Source of the DNA: Aeropyrum pernix K1
GTDB taxonomy: Archaea; Thermoproteota; Thermoprotei_A; Sulfolobales; Acidilobaceae
Assembly (NCBI RefSeq): GCF_000011125.1
Contig: NC_000854.2
Coordinates: 870,001-902,000, forward strand
Direction of reading: 5' to 3'
Length of the DNA stretch: 32,000 nt
In this document: in pieces, positions 18,205 through 27,632 of the stretch
How positions within the stretch are numbered: position 1 is the first letter of the stretch
Layout: each line of letters starts with the position of its first letter
The notes under the pieces: model-generated
Databases searched by the model: none
What the model was told of the DNA's origin: nothing
Seen by the model: only the letters and a program-made list of their open reading frames with translations
Translations under genes and position numbers: made by a program

Positions 18205-19215
18205 GTGAGAGTGGGAGTGTCGAACCTTACCCGCTTCCTGGTGAGGCGCCTCCTGACGTTCATACCCACGCTAGTGGGAGTGACTTTCGTCACGTTTCTA
18301 ATAGCCACGGTAGTTCCGGGAAATCCTGCTAAGCTCTGGGCAGGCGGTGAGAAGGCCAGCCCTGAGGTTGTGGAGCAGATTGTGAGGGAATATAGGCTAG
18401 ACAGGCCGTTCTGGGAGCAGTACTTCTTCTTCATGTACAAGCTCCTTACTAACACTATGATTAGCCCCGTCACCAGTAATTATGTGTGGGATATGATAGT
18501 TGAACGCCTCCCGGTGACTATACAGCTCACGCTTCTTGCCTTCGTTTTCATAATCCTGCTAGGCATACCGCTAGGCATAATATCCGCCTTGACTAGGGAT
18601 ACTATAATAGACGCTGCAATCAGGATAATGGCGCTCGTGGGCATTTCCGTCCCAATCTTCTGGCTAGCTTATCTACTGATATTCGTTTTCTACACGAAAT
18701 ACAGGCTAATAACCCTAGCAGGAACGCCCGAGCCGCCTTACTCGATAACCGGGATACCCCTTATAGACTCCATTATAATGCTTGACGCGGCCACCTTCGA
18801 GGACGTGCTAAGGCGCTACACAATACCAGCCTTCACTCTAGCATACCCAAGTATAGGCTTCGTGGCTAGGCTTGTCAGAAACAGCTTCCTAGACGCCATG
18901 AGCGGTGACTACGTCGAGTTCATGGACGCCAGGGGACTGCCCTCGACATGGAAGTACAGGCACATACTGAGGAACTCCTCAATCCCAATAGTTACTGTCT
19001 TAGGCCTCATCTTCGGCGGTCTCCTGACGGGAGCTCCGATAACTGAGACCATATTCGGGCTACCCGGCCTAGGAAAGTTCCTGCTCGACAGCATCAACAA
19101 CTACGACTACCTATCCCTAATGGGCGGAGTCCTGTTCGTCGGTATCATATACCTAACAGTTAACCTGCTCGTTGATATAACCTACGCGATAATTGACCCG
19201 AGGGTGAGGTACTAA
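18205..19215 (+). CDS. Peptide ABC transporter permease (DppB/OppB-like)
   Basis: The N-terminus is FLVRRLLTFIPTLVGVTFVTFLI and the C-terminus is YAIIDPRVRY. There are six TM segments. The start is one of several GTGs at 18205-18217. Confidence 0.85.
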   Translation: MRVGVSNLTRFLVRRLLTFIPTLVGVTFVTFLIATVVPGNPAKLWAGGEKASPEVVEQIVREYRLDRPFWEQYFFFMYKLLTNTMISPVTSNYVWDMIVERLPVTIQLTLLAFVFIILLGIPLGIISALTRDTIIDAAIRIMALVGISVPIFWLAYLLIFVFYTKYRLITLAGTPEPPYSITGIPLIDSIIMLDAATFEDVLRRYTIPAFTLAYPSIGFVARLVRNSFLDAMSGDYVEFMDARGLPSTWKYRHILRNSSIPIVTVLGLIFGGLLTGAPITETIFGLPGLGKFLLDSINNYDYLSLMGGVLFVGIIYLTVNLLVDITYAIIDPRVRY

Positions 19216-19216
19216 G

Positions 19217-20380
19217 ATGGCGGGAGAAGAGGTTTACGAGAAGAAGCTCCTCGACAGAGTGGCCGATGCAATCGTTGACGGGCTAGCGGCCCTCATAAAC
19301 CTTGTAAGGCCCGGGTGGGCGGATAGGAATAAGGCAAGGATGGATGAGCTCAAGCTAACACTATACGCCCTCAATAGGAGCCCTATAGGCCTGCTGGGCG
19401 TGGCACTGGTTATTGCGTTCGTTATCATAGCCGTTATCGGCCCGTATATAGCCCCCCTCGGATATAACGACCAGCTCGTATACTGTGTCACCGACTTCGA
19501 CGCAGTCAGACTTGCTCCCCCAGGGACTGTTGTGGAGGTGGCTGAGGACTCTATATGCACCCAGCTGGGGATAGAGCCTGGGACCTATAAGCTTTGGCTA
19601 GGCGCCGACGAGTATGGCAGGGACCTCTTGAGCCGGATCCTATACGGGGCTAGGACTAGCTTCATAGTAGTGATACTTGTCATGGCCGTCGGGCCCTGGA
19701 TAGGGATATTGCTCGGACTCTTCTCGGGCTACAGGGGAGGCGTTGTGGACGAGGTTATAATGAGGGTTGTAGACGTGTTCCTAGCCTTCCCAGGCCTAAT
19801 ACTGGCTATAGCCCTCTCAGCAGTCCTACCCAGCAGGCTGGATCCTATAATCATAAACAACGAGCTCCTCCTGGGAACGCTCCTAAGGCTCTTCGCTCTC
19901 AAACCAGAGGACGCTCTGCCTATGGTGAGGCTGGTGGTTGTCGTCATAGCGTTGTGGATTGTATGGTGGCCAGTGTACGCGAGGCTGGTGAGGGGTATGG
20001 TGCTCTCGGCCAGGGAGAACACATATGTTGAGGCGGCGAGGGCTCTCGGCATACCAACCCACTCCATACTCTTAGGCCACATACTACCCAACATCCTAGG
20101 CCCTGTTCTAGTCTACCTCACGCTCGACTTCGGCGCTGTCATACTCGTTGAAGCAGGCCTCAGCTTCCTAGGCCTTGGCGCCGTCCCGCCCATAGCGGAC
20201 TGGGGTAGGATAATCTATGACGGTGCACAGTACTATCCCAACGCGTGGTGGCTAGTGTTCTTCCCAGGCCTAGCCATACTATTCACCGTACTTGGCTTCA
20301 ACCTGCTGGGAGACGCTCTCAGAGATATAATGGATCCGAGGACTAGGAGGAGGATAGAGTTCAAGGTTAAGGGGAGGTGA
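19217..20380 (+). CDS. Peptide ABC transporter permease (DppC/OppC-like)
   Basis: The ATG lies 1 nt after the upstream stop. Motifs include GADEYGRDLLSRILYGAR and the C-terminal LLGDALRDIMDPR, typical of the DppC family. Confidence 0.85.
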   Translation: MAGEEVYEKKLLDRVADAIVDGLAALINLVRPGWADRNKARMDELKLTLYALNRSPIGLLGVALVIAFVIIAVIGPYIAPLGYNDQLVYCVTDFDAVRLAPPGTVVEVAEDSICTQLGIEPGTYKLWLGADEYGRDLLSRILYGARTSFIVVILVMAVGPWIGILLGLFSGYRGGVVDEVIMRVVDVFLAFPGLILAIALSAVLPSRLDPIIINNELLLGTLLRLFALKPEDALPMVRLVVVVIALWIVWWPVYARLVRGMVLSARENTYVEAARALGIPTHSILLGHILPNILGPVLVYLTLDFGAVILVEAGLSFLGLGAVPPIADWGRIIYDGAQYYPNAWWLVFFPGLAILFTVLGFNLLGDALRDIMDPRTRRRIEFKVKGR

Positions 20381-20387
20381 GTGGGGA

Positions 20388-21389
20388 GTGGCTCCTGCGG
20401 AGTGCGATCCGATAATTGAGGTTGAGAATCTAAAGGTCTACTTCTACACCTACGCCGGGATCGTTAAGGCCATAGAGGATGTATCCTTCAGGATATGCAG
20501 GGGCGAGACGTACTGTCTCGTCGGTGAGACTGGCTGCGGAAAATCGGTGACGAGCAGGGCGCTCACCAGGCTGATATACCCGCCGGGCCGGATAGTAGAG
20601 GGGAAAATCTACTACTATCCAGAGCCGGGCAGAAGGGTTGACATCATGTCGCTGGATGAGAAGGAGCTGCGGCGGATCCGCGGGGAGGAGATAGCCTATA
20701 TATTCCAGGATCCTTCCGCCGCCCTGGATCCCCTCTACACTATAGGGTATCAGGTTGGAGAGACTATGCTGGCCCATGGTAGAGTGAGAAGCCTTAGAGA
20801 AGGTGTCAGGAGGGCTGTAGGAGTCTTGAAGACGGTCTTAATGCCCGACCCTGAGAAGAGAGTTAAGAGTTATCCCCACGAGCTTAGCGGCGGTATGAAG
20901 CAGAGGGGGGTTATAGGCATCTCACTCTCCAACAGGCCCAAACTACTCATTGCAGACGAGCCCACTACGGCCCTCGACGTGACGATCCAGGCCCAGATAA
21001 TGGACCTCCTAACCCAGCTTAAGAGAGAGCACGGCCTAACACTCCTCCTGATCACACACAACCTAGGTTTGGTTGCAGAGTATTGTGACAGGGTGGCCGT
21101 GATGTATGCAGGAAACATTGTCGAGGAAGCTCCGGTGGACGAGCTGTTCTCGAACCCGCTACACCCGTACACCAGGGCCTTGATAAGGGCAGTACCGAAC
21201 CCCTTGGCTAAGATTGAAAACCTCGAGCACATACCGGGCACTGTACCCAACCTAATAACTCCACCGCCGGGCTGCAGGTTCCACCCCCGCTGTCCCCTGG
21301 CTTTCGATAGGTGTAGCAGGGAGAAGCCCCTACTCAAGGAATACTCCCCCGGTCATAAGGCCGCGTGCTGGGCGCTTGAGAAGTCTTGA
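20388..21389 (+). CDS. Peptide ABC transporter ATP-binding protein (DppD/OppD-like)
   Basis: Walker A is GETGCGKS, the signature is LSGGMKQR and Walker B is LLIADEPTTALD. The C-terminal oligopeptide-ABC domain carries PPPGCRFHPRCP. Confidence 0.9.
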   Translation: MAPAECDPIIEVENLKVYFYTYAGIVKAIEDVSFRICRGETYCLVGETGCGKSVTSRALTRLIYPPGRIVEGKIYYYPEPGRRVDIMSLDEKELRRIRGEEIAYIFQDPSAALDPLYTIGYQVGETMLAHGRVRSLREGVRRAVGVLKTVLMPDPEKRVKSYPHELSGGMKQRGVIGISLSNRPKLLIADEPTTALDVTIQAQIMDLLTQLKREHGLTLLLITHNLGLVAEYCDRVAVMYAGNIVEEAPVDELFSNPLHPYTRALIRAVPNPLAKIENLEHIPGTVPNLITPPPGCRFHPRCPLAFDRCSREKPLLKEYSPGHKAACWALEKS

Positions 21390-22438
21390 GGGGGGTGGTG
21401 GTGTTGGCTGTTAGGGGGGAGCATCTAGAGGTTGAGGAGGCTAGGAGGCTTCTGCAGAGGATATTTCTGGGGAGAGAGCTTCTCGTCGAAACCGTCGGCT
21501 TGAAGAAATACTTCCCGGTGAAGAGCCTGTTCTTTACCCGTGCTTATGTGAAGGCCGTTGATAATGTCACTATAGGCATACCCCGCGGTAAGACTCTCGG
21601 ACTTGTTGGGGAGAGTGGCAGCGGCAAAACGACTTTCGGCCGAGTTATACTGAGGCTTGAGGAGCCCACTGGGGGCAGGATATTTTTCGACGGCATTGAC
21701 GTTATGAAGTTGAGGGGGAGAGGTCTTAAGGAGTTTAGAAGGAGAGCCCAGATCATATTCCAAGATCCCTATGGAAGCCTTAACCCCCGGAAGACCATAT
21801 TCAATCTTATAGCAGAGCCTATCAAGGTTCATGGTATTAAGGTGGGTGATCTCCAGGAGTACATTGTCAGCCTGCTCTACCAGGTAGGCCTTAACGAAAC
21901 CCACCTCTACAGATACCCCCACGAGTTCAGCGGCGGCCAGAGGCAGAGGATAGCGATAGCAAGGGTGCTAGCTCTTAAGCCAGAGTTCATAGTGCTGGAC
22001 GAGCCTACCAGCGCTCTCGACGTTAGTGTGCAGGCGCAGATACTAAACTTGCTTAAGGACCTGCAGAGGAAGTATAGTCTCACCTACCTGTTCATAAGCC
22101 ACGATCTAGGCGTTGTCAGGTACATGAGCGATTACATAGCAGTGATGTACTTGGGGAAGATTGTTGAGTTTGGAGAGGCGGAAGAGGTCTTCGAGAAGCC
22201 GCTCCACCCCTATACGAAGGTCCTTCTAGAATCCATTCCTGTCCCTGACCCTGAGGTGGCGAAGAGGAGGTCGCGCATAAGGATAAAGGGTGAACCACCC
22301 AGCCCTATAAATCCGCCCTCGGGATGTAGGTTCAGGACACGCTGCCCCATAGCCGTTGACAAGTGCCTTGAAGAGCCTCCTCTGGAGGAGGTTGAGCGGG
22401 GCCACTGGGTGGCCTGCTGGAGGCCTGGAGAACTCTAA
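21386..22438 (+). CDS. Peptide ABC transporter ATP-binding protein (DppF/OppF-like)
   Basis: Walker A is GESGSGKTT, the signature is FSGGQRQR and Walker B is [12 protein letters not shown]. The C-terminal domain carries [12 protein letters not shown]. It overlaps the upstream gene by 4 nt. The true start may lie further downstream, because there is a roughly 35 aa N-terminal extension. Confidence 0.9.
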   Translation: MRGVVVLAVRGEHLEVEEARRLLQRIFLGRELLVETVGLKKYFPVKSLFFTRAYVKAVDNVTIGIPRGKTLGLVGESGSGKTTFGRVILRLEEPTGGRIFFDGIDVMKLRGRGLKEFRRRAQIIFQDPYGSLNPRKTIFNLIAEPIKVHGIKVGDLQEYIVSLLYQVGLNETHLYRYPHEFSGGQRQRIAIARVLALKPEFIVLDEPTSALDVSVQAQILNLLKDLQRKYSLTYLFISHDLGVVRYMSDYIAVMYLGKIVEFGEAEEVFEKPLHPYTKVLLESIPVPDPEVAKRRSRIRIKGEPPSPINPPSGCRFRTRCPIAVDKCLEEPPLEEVERGHWVACWRPGEL

Positions 22439-22464
22439 AAGAAGGGTAACTCCTGGGCAGTTTA

Positions 22465-23748
22465 TTAATCAGCCTCTATTACAGCCCCAACGCTCCTCAG
22501 GTCCTCAACGAAGCCCGGGTAATAGTCTCTATAGCGGGAAGCCCCTGTTACTCTCACACCCTTGCGTGAGGCAAGTCCCGCCACCGCGAATGCCATTGTC
22601 ATTCTCGGGTCCCCGTAGCCCTTCGCCGTGCCACCCTCAACATAGCCTTCACCATACACCTCGAGGCAGTCGCCTCCGCAGCGTGGCTTAGCCTTTACTT
22701 TGAGCCGCCTAAGGTTGGACATGAGCGGCTTCAGGTTTCCGCCCTCCTTGAGCCGCAAGTGGGATATGCCTTTTATAACACTCCTACCCTTGGCATAGGC
22801 GGCGAGCACCGCAAGAACAGGTGCTAGGCTCGGCGTCTCAGACACGTCAGCTTCGAACCCCTCAAGACTCCCTGTTCCTACCACTTCCACACTACTCTCT
22901 CCCGCCTTGAGCTTGGCACCCGCCTGAGCGAGTATGTTTAGGAAAACCTTCTCGCCCTGAGGATCCTCGGGGTCTAGCCTCCGGACCGTGATCCTACCTG
23001 CTATGGCCCCGGCCAAGAGTAGGGGTGCCGCGTTTACATAATCCCCCGGGACGGCGTAAGCGCCTGGACCGTAGGGTTTATCAGGATAGTAGATTCCACC
23101 ATCAAAGCTTATTTTGGCACCGAACCCCCGTAGCACATGAAGCGCAACGGCAACATGGTGCCACGAATGAGTCCCAGCCCTCTTTATGGCGAATCCTAGG
23201 AGGGGCGAGGCCAGGAGAAGTGCAGCTAGGGATTCGCCATCGCTAGCTCCCACGGTCTCACCCTCGCAGCAGCCTCTGGCAAGCGGACCCTTCACGGCTA
23301 CTGGCGGTCTACCGTTGGTGGTTACCACTTCAGCCCCAATCTTTTTTAATGCACCTGCTAGTTCGCTCACTGGTGTGGAATTAGTGTGAGAGTCGCCATA
23401 GACGAGGGAGATACCGGGTGCGAGGGCCGCAGTTACTATCGAATGTCTAAGGACGGTTGAGGACCTCCTACAGTTTACCACCCTAGGCCACCAAGGCCTA
23501 GGCGGCGAATCTACAATCAGATCCCGCTCCCCCTTCTGCACTAAACCTCCAAACCTTCTGACAGCGTATATTGCTGTATCAACATCCCTCGAGTAGAGGG
23601 GTTCGGAAATTTTCGAGCGCCCTCCCGCCAAGAGGGATGCAAACAGCGCGGCTATAGTATGGCCTTTCGACGAGGGAGCAATAATCTCGCCTCCAATCTG
23701 GCTCGGCTTCACTACTAGATTCAATACAGCTACACCACCCTCATCCAT
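22465..23748 (-). CDS. aroA: 3-phosphoshikimate 1-carboxyvinyltransferase (EPSP synthase)
   Basis: The N-terminal region is IIAPSSKGHTIAALFASLLAGGRSKISEPLYSRDVDT. The C-terminal GDPRMTMAFAVAGL corresponds to the DHRxAMxFAVA motif. Length is 427 aa. Confidence 0.85.
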   Translation of the reverse strand: MDEGGVAVLNLVVKPSQIGGEIIAPSSKGHTIAALFASLLAGGRSKISEPLYSRDVDTAIYAVRRFGGLVQKGERDLIVDSPPRPWWPRVVNCRRSSTVLRHSIVTAALAPGISLVYGDSHTNSTPVSELAGALKKIGAEVVTTNGRPPVAVKGPLARGCCEGETVGASDGESLAALLLASPLLGFAIKRAGTHSWHHVAVALHVLRGFGAKISFDGGIYYPDKPYGPGAYAVPGDYVNAAPLLLAGAIAGRITVRRLDPEDPQGEKVFLNILAQAGAKLKAGESSVEVVGTGSLEGFEADVSETPSLAPVLAVLAAYAKGRSVIKGISHLRLKEGGNLKPLMSNLRRLKVKAKPRCGGDCLEVYGEGYVEGGTAKGYGDPRMTMAFAVAGLASRKGVRVTGASRYRDYYPGFVEDLRSVGAVIEAD

Positions 23749-23920
23749 CGCCCGCTATATACCCAACTCACGCCAGGGACAAACCCCTGGACCCATGGCT
23801 AGTTTTAATTCAACATCACACTGCTTATAGGGTTTTCCCCCTTCCTGAGCAAGGCAGGTGTTACAGTTTATTATCAAGCATGGAGGACGCCGCGTTCCTC
23901 GCCTGAGGTGTTGGGAGGGC

Positions 23921-23929
23921 ATATAATAA
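23921..23929 (+). promoter_or_regulatory. TATA-like box (atataataa) about 27 nt upstream of ATG 23952; leaderless arrangement
   Basis: An AT-rich box sits at the canonical distance from the start codon of the coiled-coil gene. Confidence 0.3.
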
Positions 23930-23951
23930 GACTTCTAGAGGGAACTCTACC

Positions 23952-24296
23952 ATGCTGGGTGTGGCGCTGTTGTCAGTGGAGAAGCTGGCTAAAGCTCTGG
24001 ACGTCATAGACTCTACAGCCAGGAGGCTCGATGAGAAGTCTATTGAACTTGCGGGTGATATAGCGTCTACCGCCGACAGCGAGGCTAAGAGGCTCGAGAA
24101 GGAGGTGGGACGCCTGTTGGAAGCAGCCCTAGCCGAGCTAGAGAGCGCCCTTGCCTCCACCGAGGACGAGCTAGCTCGAGAGGCCAAGTCCAGGGTCGAA
24201 GCTGTCAGAAAGGAGCTTAAGGAGGCGGCCGAGAGGAACTGGAGTAATGGTATTGAGGCATTCCTAAGGGAGCTTGAGAACCTACTAAGGGGGTAG
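23952..24296 (+). CDS. Small coiled-coil protein, possibly A/V-type ATP synthase peripheral-stalk subunit H (G-like)
   Basis: The 114 aa protein is almost entirely E/A/K/L-rich heptad-like helix. It lies 6 nt upstream of a subunit-C-like gene. The function rests on size, composition and context only. Confidence 0.35.
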   Translation: MLGVALLSVEKLAKALDVIDSTARRLDEKSIELAGDIASTADSEAKRLEKEVGRLLEAALAELESALASTEDELAREAKSRVEAVRKELKEAAERNWSNGIEAFLRELENLLRG

Positions 24297-24302
24297 AGCC
24301 TT

Positions 24303-25343
24303 TTGGCCTCGGACTATGCTAAGGCCATACCCTACATCAGAGCAGTTCTCTCTATGCTGCCAGACCCCTCCCAGTACAGGGAGCTTATGGAGTCGGAAAG
24401 TCTTCAAGAGGCTCTCTCAACCGCGTCTGCACCCGCCTTCCCGGGCGTAAAGGAGGCTAGGAGCATAACTTCGCTAGAGCCCCTCATGTGGAGGGACTTC
24501 GCCTCAATAGTGGTCAAGGCAGTTAAGCTGTCGCCCGCCAAGGCGAGGTATGCAGTAGGCTTCAATGTTATGATCGAGGATGCGAAAGACGTCATATCAG
24601 TCCTCTATTCTATACGTGTCGGCAACGCCAGCCTAGAAGAGATTTCGAAACTGCCGACTTCAAGCGTTGAGGGGACAACCCTCAATAACATAGTCTCCAC
24701 CGGTGAGGAGCTGGAAAGTGCGGAGGTGATAGTTAACAGTGCTCCCTCAACCCTCTTGAGAAGGCTCTACAGCAGGCTTGCAAACCTCCTCACAGAGCCG
24801 GACAAGAGGCTGATCCTATACACTCTAGGACCCCTGGCGGTCAGAATGGTAGAAACCGCTACCAGAAGCATTCCCAGGGAGGCTGATCTAGTCTGGAGAG
24901 TTTACTGTCCCAGGATAAAGTTCATGCTCGTTTCAGGTGTATTACAGGCTAAGTACTCGGGTGTGGACGCCAGAAGCCTAGACACTGTATACAGGGGTGT
25001 CAGCGCCTGCGGATTCAACTGGGATGTGGGTGTGAGGCAAATCTACGAGAGCGAGGATAGTATTCACGGGCTCGCGGTGTCGCTATCCCAGGTGGTTCCG
25101 GGTGTGAGGCTTGATGGCGAAGACGTTGGCTCAATGCTCGAATCCCTCAGACAGGCCACTAGAGCCGAGACTCAGAGGGCTGCTAGGGCGGCCTTGGCGG
25201 GCTATCCATTCCAGGCCGGCTTCATCGCTGGCGGGCTGGAAATAGTGCGGATAGCCTTCGAGGACCTGGCTTACGTGCTGGCTTCCATACATATGAAGCT
25301 CCAGAAGGAGAGGGTGCTAGCGAGGGTATCGGCGGCCCCCTAG
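24303..25343 (+). CDS. atpC: A/V-type ATP synthase subunit C-like protein (AC39/d family)
   Basis: The N-terminus (DYAKAIPYIRAVLSMLPDPSQYRELMESESLQEAL) and C-terminus (YPFQAGFIAGGLEIVRIAFEDLAYVLASIHMKL..ERV) parallel Thermus/archaeal subunit C termini (FAYLNARVRVRRGTLL...; PLGVGLVLAYVKEREWEAVRLRLLARR). Length is 346 aa with a TTG start. Comparison is from memory, not computed. Confidence 0.45.
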   Translation: MASDYAKAIPYIRAVLSMLPDPSQYRELMESESLQEALSTASAPAFPGVKEARSITSLEPLMWRDFASIVVKAVKLSPAKARYAVGFNVMIEDAKDVISVLYSIRVGNASLEEISKLPTSSVEGTTLNNIVSTGEELESAEVIVNSAPSTLLRRLYSRLANLLTEPDKRLILYTLGPLAVRMVETATRSIPREADLVWRVYCPRIKFMLVSGVLQAKYSGVDARSLDTVYRGVSACGFNWDVGVRQIYESEDSIHGLAVSLSQVVPGVRLDGEDVGSMLESLRQATRAETQRAARAALAGYPFQAGFIAGGLEIVRIAFEDLAYVLASIHMKLQKERVLARVSAAP

Positions 25344-25511
25344 TCCACTATCATTATACTTCAACAGGCTAACCTCGAACCAATCCTCCCTGAAGCTATC
25401 TTCTGTTTAAGGCTAAGCGCCTGTGAATGGAAGCGGTTTGAGCAAGTAATACTCAGTTTCAATCCTAACCCCAAAGCATCTTCTAATTAATCCTGAGGGT
25501 GTCTCTCAGCT

Positions 25512-25781
25512 GTGGCTAGAGAGCTAGAGAATTGCATGCATGTTTTGAGAGTAGTTTCCATCCTTGATGGAGAGAGGATGGAAACTATAGTAAACGCGGC
25601 TCCAGCATTCGGCATAGGAAGGGGAGATATAAACGATTGCTTAGGCCTGTTAGCCGCCTCGGGGCTTATCAGACTATGTAAGGGGAGGGTCAGGATTACC
25701 TGGAGCGGAAGGGAGAAGCTACAGCGCCTTCTAGAAGGCAAGCTGGCTCCAAAGGGAAACAGCAGTCGGAGCTCCACATAG
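25512..25781 (+). CDS. Small winged-helix (MarR/ArsR-like) DNA-binding protein, 81-89 aa
   Basis: The pattern ...METIVNAAPAFGIGRGDINDCLGLLAASGLIRLCKGRVRITWSGREKLQRLL fits helix-turn-helix plus a beta wing. The start is GTG 25512 or the in-frame ATG 25536. The antisense ORF 25487..25777 is S/P/L-rich. Confidence 0.45.
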   Translation: MARELENCMHVLRVVSILDGERMETIVNAAPAFGIGRGDINDCLGLLAASGLIRLCKGRVRITWSGREKLQRLLEGKLAPKGNSSRSST

Positions 25782-25832
25782 ACTTTACAGTAGCTATAGT
25801 CTCCTCCATATATCCCCGCGCTGGCAGAATAG

Positions 25833-26633
25833 TTGATGGGGATTGTGAGGGAATTGAACGAGGCTGCTAGGGCCCAGAGGATTAGGCGAAGGGTTTCTGA
25901 GCTCGTGAGATCGCTGATGAGTTATAAGAGCCTACACAAGCTTGACCTACCAGACCTGGAGAAGGTCAAGGAGGTTGAGAGGCTCCAGGCGGAGATAATA
26001 GAGGACCTTAGGGGCAGGATTGATGTTGAGAGGTGCGACGCACGCTGCGTCATTCTTAAGTCTGGAGAGCTCCTGGGGAGGGAGAAGCTCGACGGGTACT
26101 GTAGGAGAGCCCAGAGCCTTCTGGGCCTAGAACCCTCGGGATGCTCGCCCGAGGACCTCGCAGGCCTCATGGAAACCACCTCCATAGACCCGGATAAGAC
26201 CGGAGGCGTCCTACTAGTAGTCCAAGGCCTCCTAAGAGGACTCTCGGAAGAGCTAAAGCGGCAGGGCTACAGCTGGAGTGGTATAAGCCACAGATGCCCT
26301 GTCTGCGGTCTCGAGAGCGAGACGATGGTTAGGAAGGGTGATGGCTACTATATGGTGTGCCACATGTGCTTCTTCACATGGCTTGTCTCGCGGGGGATAC
26401 CAGTGTGTCCCCGATGCGGCTCCACAGTACCTCTTGAGGTCGGGATATTCACTGACAAATCGAGGAGGATCGGGCTAGGTTTCTGCAGCAGATGCGGCTA
26501 TAGCTGGAGAATCCTCCTCGACCAATATATGAGTGTGCCAGACCATGCTGCACCACTGATAGCTCTGGGGGCTGAGAGGTTCAGGCCGGCCATGGAGAAG
26601 GCCCTCGAGAAGGGTCTGGAGGAGTGGGGTTGA
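25833..26633 (+). CDS. FdhE-like protein with four CxxC zinc-ribbon/rubredoxin-type motifs
   Basis: The order and spacing CPVCG-x16-CHMC-FFTW-x8-CPRCG-x21-CSRCGYSW-RIL mirrors E. coli FdhE (CPVCGS...HCNLCETEWH...CSNC...CDECGTYLKIL). The N-terminal roughly 150 aa is helical, as in FdhE. Confidence 0.5.
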   Translation: MMGIVRELNEAARAQRIRRRVSELVRSLMSYKSLHKLDLPDLEKVKEVERLQAEIIEDLRGRIDVERCDARCVILKSGELLGREKLDGYCRRAQSLLGLEPSGCSPEDLAGLMETTSIDPDKTGGVLLVVQGLLRGLSEELKRQGYSWSGISHRCPVCGLESETMVRKGDGYYMVCHMCFFTWLVSRGIPVCPRCGSTVPLEVGIFTDKSRRIGLGFCSRCGYSWRILLDQYMSVPDHAAPLIALGAERFRPAMEKALEKGLEEWG

Positions 26634-26713
26634 GAGGTCCTACCCTGCATAAAGGTGACTAAGAGGGCCATAGCGATAGAAGTAGCGGAAGTAAAAGTCC
26701 GAGAGAAATAATA

Positions 26714-26735
26714 CCTGAGGGAATCCTGAGGGAAT
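26714..26735. repeat. Perfect tandem duplication 2 x 11 bp (CCTGAGGGAAT)
   Basis: Read directly: CCTGAGGGAAT at 26714-26724 and again at 26725-26735, in the convergent intergenic spacer. The overlapping 11-mer AATCCTGAGGG (26722-26732) recurs at 25489-25499. Confidence 0.8.
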
Positions 26736-26867
26736 CAGGAGAGTAATCTTAGACTGGCAACCCCCGTTCAGCTACTGCAGACTCGGCTAGGACGACCCCC
26801 TCTACGAGCTAATAATAAATAAGCCAAGGGAAACCGGGAGTCCTATGAGGAGGGATGAGAAAGTCCT

Positions 26868-27626
26868 CTAGGCTAAGGGCGCCTCAACTACTTTCACATA
26901 GACTTCCTCCTTAATGGTGTAGCCCCAATCAGGGTCTCCCACGAAACCCTCTATCGCCACTCTCACAAAGTCGCCGGGAGCACTGTCAGGAATCACTACC
27001 AAGAAGAAGGCAGCAGTGACAACGGTATATGGCGGAGCTACTACGGCGGGCTTCACATACGTCCTATCACCCTCCTTAACGGGGACTAAGACAACGTCTG
27101 GCAGTATAACTTCCTCCTCTTCAGGTAAGACGGGTGGCTCGAATAGTAGGTCCTCGCACATAACATTCCACCACACGTTGTCGCCTACCTCTACTAGGAT
27201 GGCATACAGGGCTATTTCGTCGCTGGTGTTATTCACGATGGTGAGAACGAGTACGCCATCAAATATGTCAATGTAGCTGTTTTGAGGGTCTATTATATTT
27301 GTCTCCGTCTCCTGGAACTCTTCTCCCGAGGTCGTTGCGTTATAGGCTTCGCGTTGAGAGGTGTATTGGGATGGAGGCACAGAGGTAGGTTGAGCTTCAG
27401 TTACGGGCTCAATATCAATAGCATGGTGGCGTTCGTAAACTTGGCCCGACTCATTGTTCATGTTATATCTCTCGGCCATGCCTCCCAGCATCGTCGCCAG
27501 CGAGCCTAATGTAGCGTTGAACTCTGCTAAAAGGTCAAGGTCTAAAGCTCCGAGTAGCCCGAGGGCTACTAGGAAGAGGCCAGCCACTTTGAAGCCTTGT
27601 CCTATAGCGTATACTGCCCTCCTCAC
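26868..27626 (-). CDS. Hypothetical N-terminally anchored or secreted protein (252 aa)
   Basis: It has a GTG start and an N-terminal hydrophobic helix (FKVAGLFLVALGLLGAL). An acidic, N-x-S/T-rich spacer and a beta-rich C-terminal domain follow. It lies 6 nt downstream of the preceding gene on the same strand. Confidence 0.5.
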   Translation of the reverse strand: MRRAVYAIGQGFKVAGLFLVALGLLGALDLDLLAEFNATLGSLATMLGGMAERYNMNNESGQVYERHHAIDIEPVTEAQPTSVPPSQYTSQREAYNATTSGEEFQETETNIIDPQNSYIDIFDGVLVLTIVNNTSDEIALYAILVEVGDNVWWNVMCEDLLFEPPVLPEEEEVILPDVVLVPVKEGDRTYVKPAVVAPPYTVVTAAFFLVVIPDSAPGDFVRVAIEGFVGDPDWGYTIKEEVYVKVVEAPLA

Positions 27627-27632
27627 TAGTTA

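Noticed and set aside
23773-23790. 6 bp inverted repeat CCAGGG-acaaac-CCCTGG upstream of aroA
   Set aside because: It is short, such hairpins are expected by chance in GC-rich DNA, and there is no second copy or associated motif.
25515-25530. Tandem 8-mer GCTAGAGA GCTAGAGA at the start of the wHTH ORF
   Set aside because: It is very short and lies in the probable coding or leader sequence. It could be chance. It is noted in case the upstream 11-mer proves to be an operator.
26680-26866. RNase P-like GAAAGTCC strings (gtaaaagtccgag at about 26691, gagaaagtcctc at about 26855)
   Set aside because: These are isolated short matches to the CR-I consensus. CR-IV/CR-V motifs and the surrounding helices are absent.
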